NCBI GenBank assembly: GCA_964016885.1
Contig: OZ024740.1
Span: 9,424,001 to 9,488,000, forward strand
Reading direction: 5' to 3'
DNA length: 64,000 bases
Source: Eledone cirrhosa
Lineage: Eukaryota
The notes under the pieces were generated by a model, which had not been told where the DNA came from, ran no database searches, and was given only the letters and a program-made list of their open reading frames with translations. Within the stretch, counting starts at the first letter, position 1. Each line of letters begins with the position of its first letter. This document shows positions 1-15,000 of this stretch, piece by piece. The translations under genes and the position numbers were made by a program.

Positions 1-3000
1 TTTTGATTGGTATGTCAGTTTCAATTGGTATATCGGTTTCGATTGGTATGTCAATTTCGATTGTTATGTCAGTTTTGATTGTATATCAGTTTCGAATGGT
101 ATGTCAATTTTGATTGGTATATCTGTTTCGATTGGTATGTCCGTTTCGATTGGTATGTCAGTTTCGATTGGTATATCAGTTTCGATTAGTATGTCAGTTT
201 CTATTGGTATATCAGTTTCGATTGGTATGTCAGTTTCTATTGGTATATCAGTTTCGATTGGTATGTCAGTTTCGATTAGTATGTTAGTTTCTATTGGTAT
301 GTCAGTTTCGATTTGTATGTCAGTTTCTATTGGTATGTCAGATTCGATTGGTATGTTATTCCTCGATTTGTATGTCAGTTTCTATTGGTATATCAATTTC
401 GATTGGTATGTCAGTTTCTATTGGTATATCAGTTTCGATTAGTATATCAGTTTCTATTGGTATGTCAGTTTCTATTGGTATATCAATTTCTATTGGTATA
501 TCGGTTTCCATTGGTATATCAGTTTCGACTGGTATGTCAATTTTGATTGGTATGTCAGTTTCAATTCGTATATCGGTTTCGATTGGTATGTCAGTTTTGA
601 TTGGTATGTCAGTTTCGATTGGTATATCAGTTTCGATTAGTATGTCAGTTCCTATTGGTATATCAGTTTCCATTGGTACATCAGTTTCGATTGTTATGTC
701 AGTTTCCTTTGGTATATCAGTATCGATTGGTATGTCAGTTTCGATTAGTATATCAATTTCTAATTGTATGTCAGTTTCTATTGGTATATCAGATTCGATT
801 GGTATATCAGTTTCGACTGGTATGTCAATTTTGATTGGTATGTCAGTTTCAATTGGTCTATCGGTTTCGATTGTTATGTCAGTTTCAATTGGTATGTCAG
901 TTTCGATTGTATATCAGTTTCGAATGGTATGTCAGTTTTCATTGGTATATCAGTTTCGATTCGTATGTCAGTTTCGATTGGTATGTCAGTTTCGATTGGT
1001 ATATCAGTTTCGATTAGTATGTCAGTTTCTATTGGTATATCGGTTTCCATTGGTATATCAGTTTGGATTGGCATGTCAGTTTCTATTGGTATATCAGTTT
1101 TGATTGGTATGTTAGTTTCTATTGGTATGTCAGTTTCGATTTGTATATCAGTTTCTATTGGTATGTCAGATTCGATTGGTATGTTATTCCTCGATTCGTA
1201 TGTCAGTTTCTATTGATATATCAATTTCGATTGGTATGTCAGTTTCTATTGGTATATCAGTTTTGGTCAGTTTCTATTGGTAAATCAATTTCTATTGGTA
1301 TATCGGTTTCCATTGGTATATCAGTTTCGATTGGTATGTCAGTTTCTATTGGTCTATCAGTTTCTATTGCTATGTCAGTTTTGAATGGTATGTCAGTTTC
1401 TATTGGTATATCAGTTTCGATTGTTATATCAATTTCTATTGGTATATCAGTTCCGATTGGTATGTCAGTTTCAATTAGTATATCAGTTTCTATTAGTATG
1501 TCAGTTTCTATTGGTATCTCAGTTTCGATTGATATCAGTTTCTATTGGTATGTCAGTTTCTATTGGTATATCAATTTCGATTCGTATATCAGTTTCGATT
1601 GGTATATCAGTTTCGATTGGTATGTTAGTTTCTATTGGTATGTCAATTTCGATTGGTATATCAGTTTCGGTTGTATGTGAGTTTCGATTGGTATGTCAGT
1701 TTCTATTGGTATATCAGTTTCTATCGGTATGTCTGTTTCTATTGGTATGTCAGTTTCTATTGGTATGTCAGTTTCGAGTGGTATATCAGCTTCGATTTGT
1801 ATGTCAGTTTCGATTGGTATGTCAGTTTCTATTGGTATATCAGTTTTGATTGGTATTTCAGTTTCGATTGGTATGTCAGTTTCGATTGGTATGTCAGTTT
1901 CGATTAGTATATCAGTTTCTATTGGTATGTCAGTTTCTATTGGTATGTCAGTTTCGATTGTTATGTCAGTTTCTATTGGTATATCAGTTTCGTTTGATAT
2001 ATCTGTTTCGATTAGTATGTCACTTTCTATCGGTATGTCAGTTACGATTAGTATATCAGTTTGTATTGGTGTATCAGTTTCGATTGGTATGTGAGTTTTT
2101 ATTGGTATATGACTTTCGATTGGTATATCAGTTTCGATTGGTATGTAGGTTTCGATTGGTATGTTAGTTTCTATTGTTATGTCAGTTTCGATTAGTATAT
2201 CAGTTTCTATTGGTATGTCAGTTTCAATTGGTATGTCAGTTTCTATTGGTATATCAGTTTCTATTGGTATGTCAGTTCTATTGGTATGTCAGTTTCAATT
2301 GGTATATCAGTTTCGATTCGTATGTCAGTTTCGATTGTTATGTCAGTTTCTTTTGGTATATCAGTATCGATTGGTATGTCAGTTTCGATTCGTATGTCAG
2401 TTTCGATTGTTATATCAGTTTGTATTGGTATGTCAGTTTCTATTGGTATGTCAGTTACAATTGGTATATCAGTTTCGATTGGTATGTCAGTTTCGATTGG
2501 TATGTCAGTTTCGATTGGTATATCAGTTTCGATTAGTATGTCAGTTTCTATTGTTATATCGGTTTCCATTGGTATATCAGTTTCGATTGGTATGTCAGTT
2601 TCGATTGGTATATCAGTTTCTATTGGTATGTCAGTTTTGATTGGTATGTCAGTTTCTATTGGTATATGAGTTTCGATTGGTATATCAGTTTCTATTGGTA
2701 TATCAGTTTCGATTGGTACGTCAGTTTCGATTGGTATGTCAGTTTCGATTGGTATATCAGTTTCGATTAATATGTCAGTTTCTATTGTTATATCGGTTTC
2801 CATTGGTATATCAGTTTCGATTGGTATGTCAGTTTCTATGGGTATATCAGTTTTGATTGGTATGTTAGTTTCTATTGGTATGTCAGTTTCGATTTGTATA
2901 TCAGTTTCTATTGGTATGTCAGTTTCGATTGGTGTGTTCGTCCTCGATTTGTATGTCAGTTTCTATTGGTATATCAGTTTCGATTAGTATATTAGTTTCT

Positions 3001-6000
3001 ATTGGTATGTCAGTTTCTATTGGTATATCAATTTTTATTGGTATATCGGTTTCCATTGGTATATCAGTTTCGATTGGTATGTCAGTTTCTATTGGTATAT
3101 CAGTTTCTATTGGTATGTCAGTTTTGATTGGTATGTCAGTTTCTATTGGTATATGTGTTTCGATTGGTATATCAGTTTCTATTGGTATATCAGTTCCGAT
3201 TGGTATATCAGTTTCGATTGGTATGTCAGTTTCAATTAGTATATCAGTTTCTATTAGTATGTCAGTTTCTATTGGTATATCAATTTCGATTGGTATATCA
3301 GTTTCGATTGGTATGTCAGTTTCTATTGGTATGTCAATTTCGATTGGTATATCAGTTTCGGTTGTATGTGAGTTTCTATTGGTATGTCAGTTTCTATAGG
3401 TATATCAGTTTCTATCGGTATGTCTGTTTCGATTTCTATGTCAGTTTCGAGTGTTATGTCAGTTTCTTTTGGTATATCAGTATCGATTGGTATGTCAGTT
3501 TCGATTAGTATATCAATTTCTATGTGTATGTCTGTTTGTATTAGTATATCAGTTTCGATTATAATATCAGTTTCGATTAGTATGTCAGTTTCGATTGGTA
3601 TGTCAGTTTCGATTGGTATATCAGTTTTGATTATTATGTCAGTTCCTATTGGTATATCAGTTTCCATTGGTATATCAGTTTCGATTGGTATGTCAGTTTC
3701 GATCAGTATATCAGTTTCTATTGGCATGTCAGTTTCTATTGGTATGTCAGTTTCGATTGATATATCAGTTTCGATTAGTCTGTCACTTTCTATTGGTATA
3801 TCAGTTTCCATTGGTATATCAGTTTCGATTGGTATGTCAGTTTCTATTGGTATATCAGTTTCGATTGTTATGTGAGTTTCTATTGGTATGTCAGTTTCGA
3901 TTGGTATGTCAGTTTCGATTGGTATGTCAGTTTCTATTGGTATGTCAGTTACGATTAGTATATCAGTTTGTATTGGTGTATCAGTTTCGATTGATATGTC
4001 AGTTTCTATTGGTATCTGAGGTTCGATTGGTATATCAGTTTCGATTGGTATATCAGTTTAGATTCGTATGTAGGTTTCGATTGCTATGTCAGTTTCTATT
4101 GGTATGTCAGTTTCGATTAGTATATCAGTTTCTATTGGTATGTCTGTTTCAAGTGGTATGTCAGTTTCTATTGGTATATCAGTTTCTATTGGTATGTCAG
4201 TTTCTATTGGTATGTCAGTTTCGATTCGTATGTCAGTTTCGATTGTTATGTCAGTTTCTTTTGGTATATCAGTATCGATTGGTATGTTAGTTTCGATTAG
4301 TATATCAATTTCTATGTGTATGTCAGTTTGTATTGGTATGTCAGTTTCGATTGGTATATCAGTTTCGACTGGTATGTCAATTTTGATTGGTATGTCAGTT
4401 TCAATTGGTATATCGGTTTCGATTGGTACGTCAGTTTCGATTTGTATTTCAGTTTCGATTGTATATCAGTTTCGAATGGTATGTCAGTTTTTATTGGTAT
4501 ATCAGTTTCGATTGGTATGTCAGTTTCGATTGGTATGTCAGTTTCGATTGGTATACCAGTTTCGATTAGTATGTCAGTTTCTATTGTTATATCGGTTTCC
4601 ATTGGTGTATCAGTTTCGATTGGTATGTTAGTTTCTATTGGTATGTCAGTTTCGATTGGTATGTTCGTACTCGATTTGTATGTCAGTTTCTATTGGTATA
4701 TCAATTTCGATTGGTATGTCAGTTTCTATTGGTATATCAGTTTCGATTGGTATGTTAGATTCGATTAGTATATCAGTTTCTATTGGTGTGTCAGTTTCTA
4801 TTGGTATATCAATTTCGATTTGTATGTCAGTTTCGATTGGTATATCAGTTTCGATTAGTATGTCAGTTTCTATTGGTATATCGGTTTCCATTGGTATATC
4901 AGTTTCGATTGGTATGTCAGTTTCTATTGGTATGTCAGTTTCTATTGGTATATCAGTTTCCATTGGTATATCAGTTTCGATTGGTATGTCAGTTTCTATT
5001 GGTATATCAGTTTCGATTGGTATGTGAGTTTCTATTGGTATGTCAGTTTCGATTGGTATGTCAGTTTCGATTGGTATGTCAGTTTCTATGGGTATACCAG
5101 TTTCAATTGGTATGTGAGTTTCTATTGGTATGTCAGTTTCGATTGGTATGTCAGTTTCGATTGGTATGTCAGTTTCTATTGGTATATTAGTTTCCATTGG
5201 TATATCAGTTTCGATTGGTATGTCAGTTTCTATTGGTATATCAGTTTCTATCGGTATGTCAGTTTCTATTGGTATATCAGTTTCGATTGTTATGTCAGTT
5301 TCTAATGGTACATAAGTTTCGAATGGTATGTTAGTTTCTATTGGTACGTCGGTTTCGATTGTATATCAGTTTCTATTGGTATGTCAGTTTCGATTGGTAT
5401 GTTAGTCCTCGATTTGTATGTCAGTTTCTATTGGTATATCAGTTTCGATTGGTATATCAGTTTCTATTGGTATATCAGTTTCGATTGGTATATCAGATTC
5501 TATTGGTATGTCAGTTTCTATTGGTATGTCAGTTTCAATTGGTATATCAGTTTCGATTCGTATGTCAGTTTCGATCGTTATGTCAGTTTCTATTGGTATA
5601 TCAGTTTTGATTGTTATATCATTTTCGATTGGTATGTCAGTTTCGATTAGTATATCAGTTTCGATTAGTATGTAACTTTCTATTGGTATGTCAGTTACGA
5701 TTAGTATATCAGTTTCAATTGGTATATCAGTTTCGATTGGTGTGTCAGTTTCGATTGGTATGTCAGTTTCTATTGGTATATGAGTTTCGATTGGTATATC
5801 AGTTTCAATTGGTATATCAGTTTCGATTGGTATGCAGGTTTCGATTGGTATGTCAGTTTCTATTGGTATGTTAGTTTCGATTAGTATATCAGTTTCTATA
5901 GGTATATCAGTTTCAATTGGTATGTCAGTTTCTATTGGAATATTAGTTTCTATTGGTATGTCAGTTTCTATTGGTATGTCAGTTTCGATTGTTATGTCAT

Positions 6001-9000
6001 TTTCTTTTGGTATATCAGTATCGATTGGTATGTCAGTTTCGATTAGTATATCAATTTCTATGTGTATGTCAGTTTGTATTGGTATATCAGTTTCGATTGG
6101 TATATCAGTTTCGACTGCTATGTCAATTTTGATTGGTATGTCAGTTTCAATTGGTATATCGGTTTCGATTGGTATGTCAGTTTCGATTGTTATGTCAGTT
6201 TTGATTGTATATCAGTTTCGAATGGTATGTCAGTTTTGATTGGTATATCTGTTTCGATTGGTATGTCTGTTTCGATTGGTATATCAGTTTCGATTGGTAT
6301 GTCAGTTTCTATTGGTATATCAGTTTCCATTGGTATATAAGTTTCGATTGGTATGTCAGTTTCTATTGGTATGTCAGTTTCTATCGGTATGTCAGTTTCT
6401 ATTGGTATGTCAGTTTCTATTGGTATATCAGTTTCGATTGGTATATCAGTTTCAATTGGTATGTCAGTTTCGATTGGTATGTCAGTTTCGATTGGTATAT
6501 CAGTTTCGATTGTTATGTCAGTTTCGATTGGTATGTTAGTCCTCGATTTGTATGTCAGTTTCTATTGGTATATCAGTTTCGATTGGTATATCAGTTTCGA
6601 TTAGTATATCAGTTTCTATTGGTATGTCAGCTTCTATTGGTATAGCAATTTCGATTGCTATGTTAGTTTCGATGGTTATATCAGTTTCGATTTTTATTTC
6701 AGTTTCGATTGGTATGTCAGTTTCTATGCGTATATCAGTTTCTATTGGTATGTCAGTTTTGATTGGTATGTCAGTTTCTATTGGTATATCAGTTTCGATT
6801 GGTATATCAGTTTCTATTGGTATATCAGTTTTGATTGGTATATCAGATTCTATTGGTATGTCAGTTTCTATTGGTATGTCAGTTTCGATTCGTATGTCAG
6901 TTTCGATCGTTATGTCAGTTTCGATTAGTATATCAGTTTCGATTAGTATGTAACTTTCTATTGGTATGTCAGTTACGATTAGTATATCAGTTTCGATTGG
7001 TATATCAGTTTCGATTGGTGTGTCAGTTTCGATTGGTATGTCAGTCTCGATTGGTATGTCAGTTTCTATTGGTATATGAGTTTCGATTGGTATATCAGTT
7101 TCGATTTGTATATCAGTTTCGATTGGTATGTAGGTTTCGATTGGTATGTCAGTTTCTATTGGTATGTTAGTTTCGATTAGTATCTCAGTTTCTATAGGTA
7201 TATCAGTTTCAATTGGTATGTCAGTTTCTATTGGTATGTCAGTTTCAATTGGTATATCAGTTTCGATTCGTATGTCAGTTTCGATTGTTATGTCATTTTC
7301 TTTTGGTATATCAGTATCGATTGTTATGTCAGTTTCGATTAGTATATCAATTTCTATGTGTATGTCAGTTTGTATTGGTATATCAGTTTCGATTGGTATA
7401 TCAGTTTCGACTGGTATGTCAATTTTGATTGGTATGTCAGTTTCAATTGGTATATCGGTTTCGATTGGTATGTCAATTTCGATTGTTATGTCAGTTTTGA
7501 TTGTATATCAGTTTCGAATGGTATGTCAATTTTGATTGGTATATCTGTTTCGATTGGTATGTCCGTTTCGATTGGTATGTCAGTTTCGATTGGTATATCA
7601 GTTTCGATTAGTATGTCAGTTTCTATTGGTATATCAGTTTCGATTGGTATGTCAGTTTCTATTGGTATATCAGTTTCGATTGGTATGTCAGTTTCGATTA
7701 GTATGTTAGTTTCTATTGGTATGTCAGTTTCGATTTGTATGTCAGTTTCTATTGGTATGTCAGATTCGATTGGTATGTTATTCCTCGATTTGTATGTCAG
7801 TTTCTATTGGTATATCAATTTTGATTGGTATGTCAGTTTCTATTGGTATATCAGTTTCGATTAGTATATCAGTTTCTATTGGTATGTCAGTTTCTATTGG
7901 TATATCAATTTCTATTGGTATATCGGTTTCCATTGGTATATCAGTTTCGACTGGTATGTCAATTTTGATTGGTATGTCAGTTTCAATTCGTATATCGGTT
8001 TCGATTGGTATGTCAGTTTCGATTGGTATGTCAGTTTCGATTGGTATATCAGTTTCGATTAGTATGTCAGTTCCTATTGGTATATCAGTTTCCATTGGTA
8101 CATCAGTTTCGATTGTTATGTCAGTTTCCTTTGGTATATCAGTATCGATTGGTATGTCAGTTTCGATTAGTATATCAATTTCTAATTGTATGTCAGTTTC
8201 TATTGGTATATCAGATTCGATTGGTATATCAGTTTCGACTGGTATGTCAATTTTGATTGGTATGTCAGTTTCAATTGGTCTATCGGTTTCGATTGTTATG
8301 TCAGTTTCAATTGGTATGTCAGTTTCGATTGTATATCAGTTTCGAATGGTATGTCAGTTTTCATTGGTATATCAGTTTCGATTCGTATGTCAGTTTCGAT
8401 TGGTATGTCAGTTTCGATTGGTATATCAGTTTCGATTAGTATGTCAGTTTCTATTGGTATATCGGTTTCCATTGGTATATCAGTTTGGATTGGCATGTCA
8501 GTTTCTATTGGTATATCAGTTTTGATTGGTATGTTAGTTTCTATTGGTCTATCAGTTTCTATTGCTATGTCAGTTTTGAATGGTATGTCAGTTTCTATTG
8601 GTATCTCAGTTTCGATTGATATCAGTTTCTATTGGTATGTCAGTTTCTATTGGTATATCAATTTCGATTCGTATATCAGTTTCGATTGGTATATCAGTTT
8701 CGATTGGTATGTCAATTTCGATTGGTATATCAGTTTCGGTTGTATGTGAGTTTCGATTGGTATGTCAGTTTCTATTGGTATATCAGTTTCTATCGGTATG
8801 TCTGTTTCTATTGGTATGTCAGTTTCTATTGGTATGTCAGTTTCGAGTGGTATATCAGCTTCGATTTGTATGTCAGTTTCGATTGGTATGTCAGTTTCTA
8901 TTGGTATATCAGTTTTGATTGGTATGTCAGTTTCGATTGGTATGTCAGTTTCGATTAGTATATCAGTTTCTATTGGTATGTCAGTTTCTATTGGTATGTC

Positions 9001-12000
9001 AGTTTCGATTGTTATGTCAGTTTCTATTGGTATATCAGTTTTGTTTGATATATCTGTTTCGATTAGTATGTCACTTTCTATCGGTATGTCAGTTACGATT
9101 AGTATATCAGTTTGTATTGGTGTATCAGTCTCGATTGGTATGTGAGTTTTTATTGGTATATGACTTTCGATTGGTATATCAGTTTCGATTGGTATATCAG
9201 TTTCGATTGGTATGTAGGTTTCGATTGGTATGTTAGTTTCTATTGTTATGTCAGTTTCGATTAGTATATCAGTTTCTATTGGTATGTCAGTTTCAATTGG
9301 TATGTCAGTTTCTATTGGTATATCAGTTTCTATTGGTATGTCAGTTCTATTGGTATGTCAGTTTCAATTGGTATATCAGTTTCGATTCGTATGTCAGTTT
9401 CGATTGTTATGTCAGTTTCTTTTGGTATATCAGTATCGATTGGTATGTCAGTTTCGATTCGTATGTCAGTTTCGATTGTTATATCAGTTTGTATTGGTAT
9501 GTCAGTTTCGATTGGTATATCAATTTCTATTGGTATATCAGTTTCGATTGGTAAGTCAGTTTCGATTGGTATGTCAGTTTCGATTGGTATATCAGTTTCG
9601 ATTAATATGTCAGTTTCTATTGTTATATCGGTTTCCATTGGTATATCAGTTTCGATTGGTATGTCAGTTTCTATGGGTATATCAGTTTTGATTGGTATGT
9701 TAGTTTCTATTGGTATGTCAGTTTCGATTTGTATATCAGTTTCTATTGGTATGTCAGTTTCGATTGGTGTGTTCGTCCTCGATTTGTATGTCAGTTTCTA
9801 TTGGTATATCAATTTCGATTGGTATGTCAGTTTTAATTTGTATATCAGTTTCTATGGGTATATCAGTTTCGATTGGTATGTTAGTTTCGATTAGTATATC
9901 AGTTTCTATTGGTATGTCAGTTTCTATTGGTATATCAATTTCGATTTGTATGTCAGTTTCGATTGGTATATCAGTTTCGATTGGTATGTCAGTTTCTATT
10001 GGTATGTCAGTTACAATTGGTATGTCAGTTTCGATTGGTATGTCAGTTTTATTGGTATGTCAATATTCATTGGTATATCAATTTTGGTTGTATGTGAGTT
10101 TCGATTGGTATGTCAGTTTCTATTGGTATACCAGTTTCGATTGGATGTCAGTTTGTATTGGTATGTCAGTTTCAATTGGCATGTCAGTTTCGATTGGTAT
10201 GTCAGTTTCTATTGGTATATCAGTTTCCATTGGTATATCAGTTTCGATTGGTATGTCAGTTTCTATTGGTATATTAGTTTCTATCGGTATGTCAGTTTCT
10301 AATGGTATGTCAGTTTCTATTGGTAAATCAGTTTCGATTGGTATATCAGTTTCGATTGGTATGTCAGTTTCGATTTGTATGTCAGTTGCTATTGGTATAT
10401 CAATTTCGATTGGTATGTCAGTTTCTATTGGTATATCAGTTTCGATTAGTATATTAGTTTCTATTGGTATGTCAGTTTCTATTGTTATATCAATTTCTAT
10501 TGGTATATCGGTTTCCATTGGTATATCAGTTTCGATTGGTATGTCAGTTTCTATTGGTATATCAGTTTCTATTGGTATATCAGTTTCTATTTGTATGTCA
10601 GTTTTGATTGGTATGTCAGTTTCTATTGGTATATGTGTTTCGATTGGTATATCAGTTTCTATTGGTATATCAGTTCCGATTGGTATATCAGTTTCGATTG
10701 GTATGTCAGTTTCAATTAGTATATCAGTTTCTATTAGTATGTCCGTTTCTATTGGTATATCAATTTCGATTGGTATATCAATTTCGATTGGTATGTCAGT
10801 TTCTATTGGTATGTCAATTTCGATTGGTATATCAGTTTCGGTTGTATGTGAGTTTCTATTGGTATATCAGTTTCTATAGGTATATCAGTTTCTATCGGTA
10901 TGTCTGTTTCGATTTGTATGTCAGTTTCGAGTGTTATGTCAGTTTCTTTTGGTATATCAGTATCGATTGGAATGTCAGTTTCGATTAGTATATCAATTTC
11001 TATGTGTATGTCTGTTTGTATTAGTATATCAGTTTCGATTATAATATCAGTTTCGATTAGTATGTCAGTTTCGATTGGTATGTCAGTTTCGATTGGTATA
11101 TCAGTTTTGATTATTATGTCAGTTCCTATTGGTATATCAGTTTCCATTGGTATATCAGTTTCGATTGGTATGTCAGTTTCGATCAGTATATCAGTTTCTA
11201 TTGGCATGTCAGTTTCTATTGGTATATCAGTTTCGATTGATATATCAGTTTCGATTAGTCTGTCACTTTCTATTGGTATGTCAGTTACGATTAGTATATC
11301 AGTTTGTACTGGTGTATCAGTTTCGATTGATATGTCAGTTTCTAATGGTATATGAGGTTCGATCGGTATATCAGTTTCGATTGGTATATCAGTTTCGTTG
11401 GTATGTAGGTTTCGATTGGTATGTCAATTTCGATTGGTATGTCAGTTTCTATTGGTATATCAGTTTCGATTAGTATGTCAGTTTCTATTGTTATGTCAGT
11501 TTCTATTGGTATATCAATTTCGATTTGTATGTCAGTTTCGATTGGTATATCAGTTTCGATTAGTATGTCAGTTTCTATTGGTATATCGGTTTCCATTGGT
11601 ATATCAGTTTCGATTGGTATGTCAGTTTCTATTGGTATGTCAGTTTCTATTGGTATATCAGTTTCCATTGGTATATCAGTTTCGATTGGTATGTCAGTTT
11701 CTATTGGTATATCAGTTTCGATTGTTATGTGAGTTTCTATTGGTATGTCAGTTTCGATTGGTATGTCAGTTTCGATTGGTATGTCAGTTTCTATTGGTAT
11801 GTCAGTTACGATTAGTATATCAGTTTGTATTGGTGTATCAGTTTCGATTGATATGTCAGTTTCTATTGGTATCTGAGGTTCGATTGGTATATCAGTTTAG
11901 ATTCGTATGTAGGTTTCGATTGGTATGTCAGTTTCTATTGGTATGTCAGTTTCGATTAGTATATCAGTTTCTATTGGTATGTCTGTTTCAAGTGGAATGT

Positions 12001-15000
12001 CAGTTTCTATTGGTATATCAGTTTCTATTGGTATGTCAGTTTCTATTGGTATGTCAGTTTCGATTCGTATGTCAGTTTCGATTGTTATGTCAGTTTCTTT
12101 TGGTATATCAGTATCGATTGGTATGTTAGTTTCGATTAGTATATCAATTTCTATGTGTATGTCAGTTTGTATTGGTATGTCAGTTTCGATTGGTATATCA
12201 GTTTCGACTGGTATGTCAATTTTGATTGGTATGTCAGTTTCAATTGGTATATCGGTTTCGATTGGTACGTCAGTTTCGATTTGTATTTCAGTTTCGATTG
12301 TATATCAGTTTTGAATGGTATGTCAGTTTTTATTGGTATATCAGTTTCGATTGGTATGTCAGTTTCGATTGGTATGTCAGTTTCGATTGGTATACCAGTT
12401 TCGATTAGTATGTCAGTTTCTATTGTTATATCGGTTTCCAATGGTATATCAGTTTCGATTGGTATGTTAGTTTCTATTGGTGTGTCAGTTTCGATTGGTA
12501 TGTTCGTCCTCGATTTGTATGTCAGTTTCTATTGGTATATCAATTTCGATTGGTATGTCAGTTTCTATTAGTATATCAGTTTCGATTGGTATGTTAGATT
12601 CGAATAGTATATCAGTTTCTATTGGTATGTCAGTTTCTATTGGTATATCAATTTCGATTTGTATGTCAGTTTCGATTGGTATGTCAGTTTCGATTAGTAT
12701 GTCAGTTTCTATTGGTATATCGGTTTCCATTGGTATATCAGTTTCGATTGGTATGTTAGTTTCTATTGGTATGTCAGTTTCTATTGGTATATCAGTTTCC
12801 ATTGGTATATCAGTTTCGATTGGTATGTCAGTTTCTATTGGTATATCAGTTTCGATTGGTATGTGAGTTTCTATTGGTATGTGAGTTTCGATTGGTATGT
12901 CAGTTTCGATTGGTATGTCAGTTTCTATTGGTATACGAGTTTCGATTGGTATGTGAGTTTCTATTGGTATGTCAGTTTCGATTGGTATATCAGTTTCGAT
13001 TAGTATGTCAGTTTCTATTATTATATCAGTTTCGATTGGTATGTCAGTTTGTATTGGTATATCAGTTTCGATTGGTATGTCAGTTTCGATTAGTATGTTA
13101 GTTTCTATTGGTATGTCAGTTTCGATTTGTATGTCAGTTTCTATTGGTATGTCAGATTCGATTGGTATGTTATTCCTCGATTTGTATGTCAGTTTCTATT
13201 GGTATATCAATTTCGATTGGTATGTCAGTTTCTATTGCTATATCAGTTTCGATTAGTATATCAGTTTCTATTGGTATGTCAGTTTCTATTGGTATATCAA
13301 TTTCTATTGGTATATCGGTTTCCATTGGTATATCAGTTTTGACTGGTATGTCAATTTTGATTGGTATGTCAGTTTCAATTCGTATATCGGTTTCGATTGG
13401 TATGTCAGTTTCGATTGGTATGTCAGTTTCGATTGGTATATCGGTTTCGATTAGTATGTCAGTTCCTATTGGTATATCAGTTTCCATTGGTACATCAGTT
13501 TCGATTGTTATGTCAGTTTCCTTTGGTATATCAGTATCGATTGGTATGTCAGTTTCGATTAGTATATCAATTTCTAATTGTATGTCAGTTTCTATTGGTA
13601 TATCAGATTCGATTGGTATATCAGTTTCGACTGGTATGTCAATTTTGATTGGTATGTCAGTTTCAATTGGTATATCGGTTTCGATTGTTATGTCAGTTTC
13701 AATTGGTATGTCAGTTTCGATTGTATATCAGTTTCGAATGGTATGTCAGTTTTCATTGGTATATCAGTTTCAATTCGTATGTCAGTTTCGATTGGTATGT
13801 CAGTTTCGATTGGTATATCAGTTTCGATTAGTATGTCAGTTTCTATTGGTATATCGGTTTCCATTGGTATATCAGTTTGGATTGGCATGTCAGTTTCTAT
13901 TGGTATATCAGTTTTGATTGGTATGTTAGTTTCTATTGGTATGTCAGTTTCGATTTGTATATCAGTTTCTATTGGTATGTCAGATTCGATTGGTATGTTA
14001 TTCCTCGATTCGTATGTCAGTTTCTATTGATATATCAATTTCGATTGGTATGTCAGTTTCTATTGGTATATCAGTTTTGATTAGTATATCAGTTTCTATT
14101 GGTATGTCAGTTTCTATTGGTAAATCAATTTCTATTGGTATATCGGTTTCCATTGGTATATCAGTTTCGATTGGTATGTCAGTTTCTATTGGTCTATCAG
14201 TTTCTATTGCTATGTCAGTTTTGAATGGTATGTCAGTTTCTATTGGTATATCAGTTTCGATTGGTATATCAATTTCTATTGGTATATCAGTTCCGATTGG
14301 TATATCAGTTTCGATTGGTATGTCAGTTTCAATTAGTATATCAGTTTCTATTAGTATGTCAGTTTCTATTGGTATCTCAGTTTCGATTGATATCAGTTTC
14401 TATTGGTATGTCAGTTTCTATTGGTATATCAATTTCGATTCGTATATCAGTTTCGATTGGTATATCAGTTTCGATTGGTATGTTAGTTTCTATTGGTATG
14501 TCAATTTCGATTGGTATATCAGTTTCGGTTGTATGTGAGTTTCGATTGGTATGTCAGTTTCTATTGGTATATCAGTTTCTATCGGTATGTCTGTTTCTAT
14601 TGGTATGTCAGTTTCTATTGGTATGTCAGTTTCGAGTGGTATATCAGCTTCGATTTGTATGTCAGTTTCGATTGGTATGTCAGTTTCTATTGGTATATCA
14701 GTTTTGATTAGTATTTCAGTTTCGATTGGTATGTCAGTTTCGATTGGTATGTCAGTTTCGATTAGTATATCAGTATCTATTGGTATGTCAGTTTCTATTG
14801 GTATATCAGTTTCGTTTGATATATCTGTTTCGATTAGTATGTCACTTTCTATCGGTATGTCAGTTACGATTAGTATATCAGTTTGTATTGGTGTATCAGT
14901 TTCGATTGGTATGTGAGTTTTTATTGGTATATGACTTTCGATTGGTATATCAGTTTCGATTGGTATATCAGTTTCGATTGGTATGTAGGTTTCGATTGGT

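Noticed and set aside
1255-1275. Out-of-register junction TTTTGGTCAG
   Set aside because: A simple ~26-bp deletion relative to the paralog at ~14070-14110, not a distinct element.
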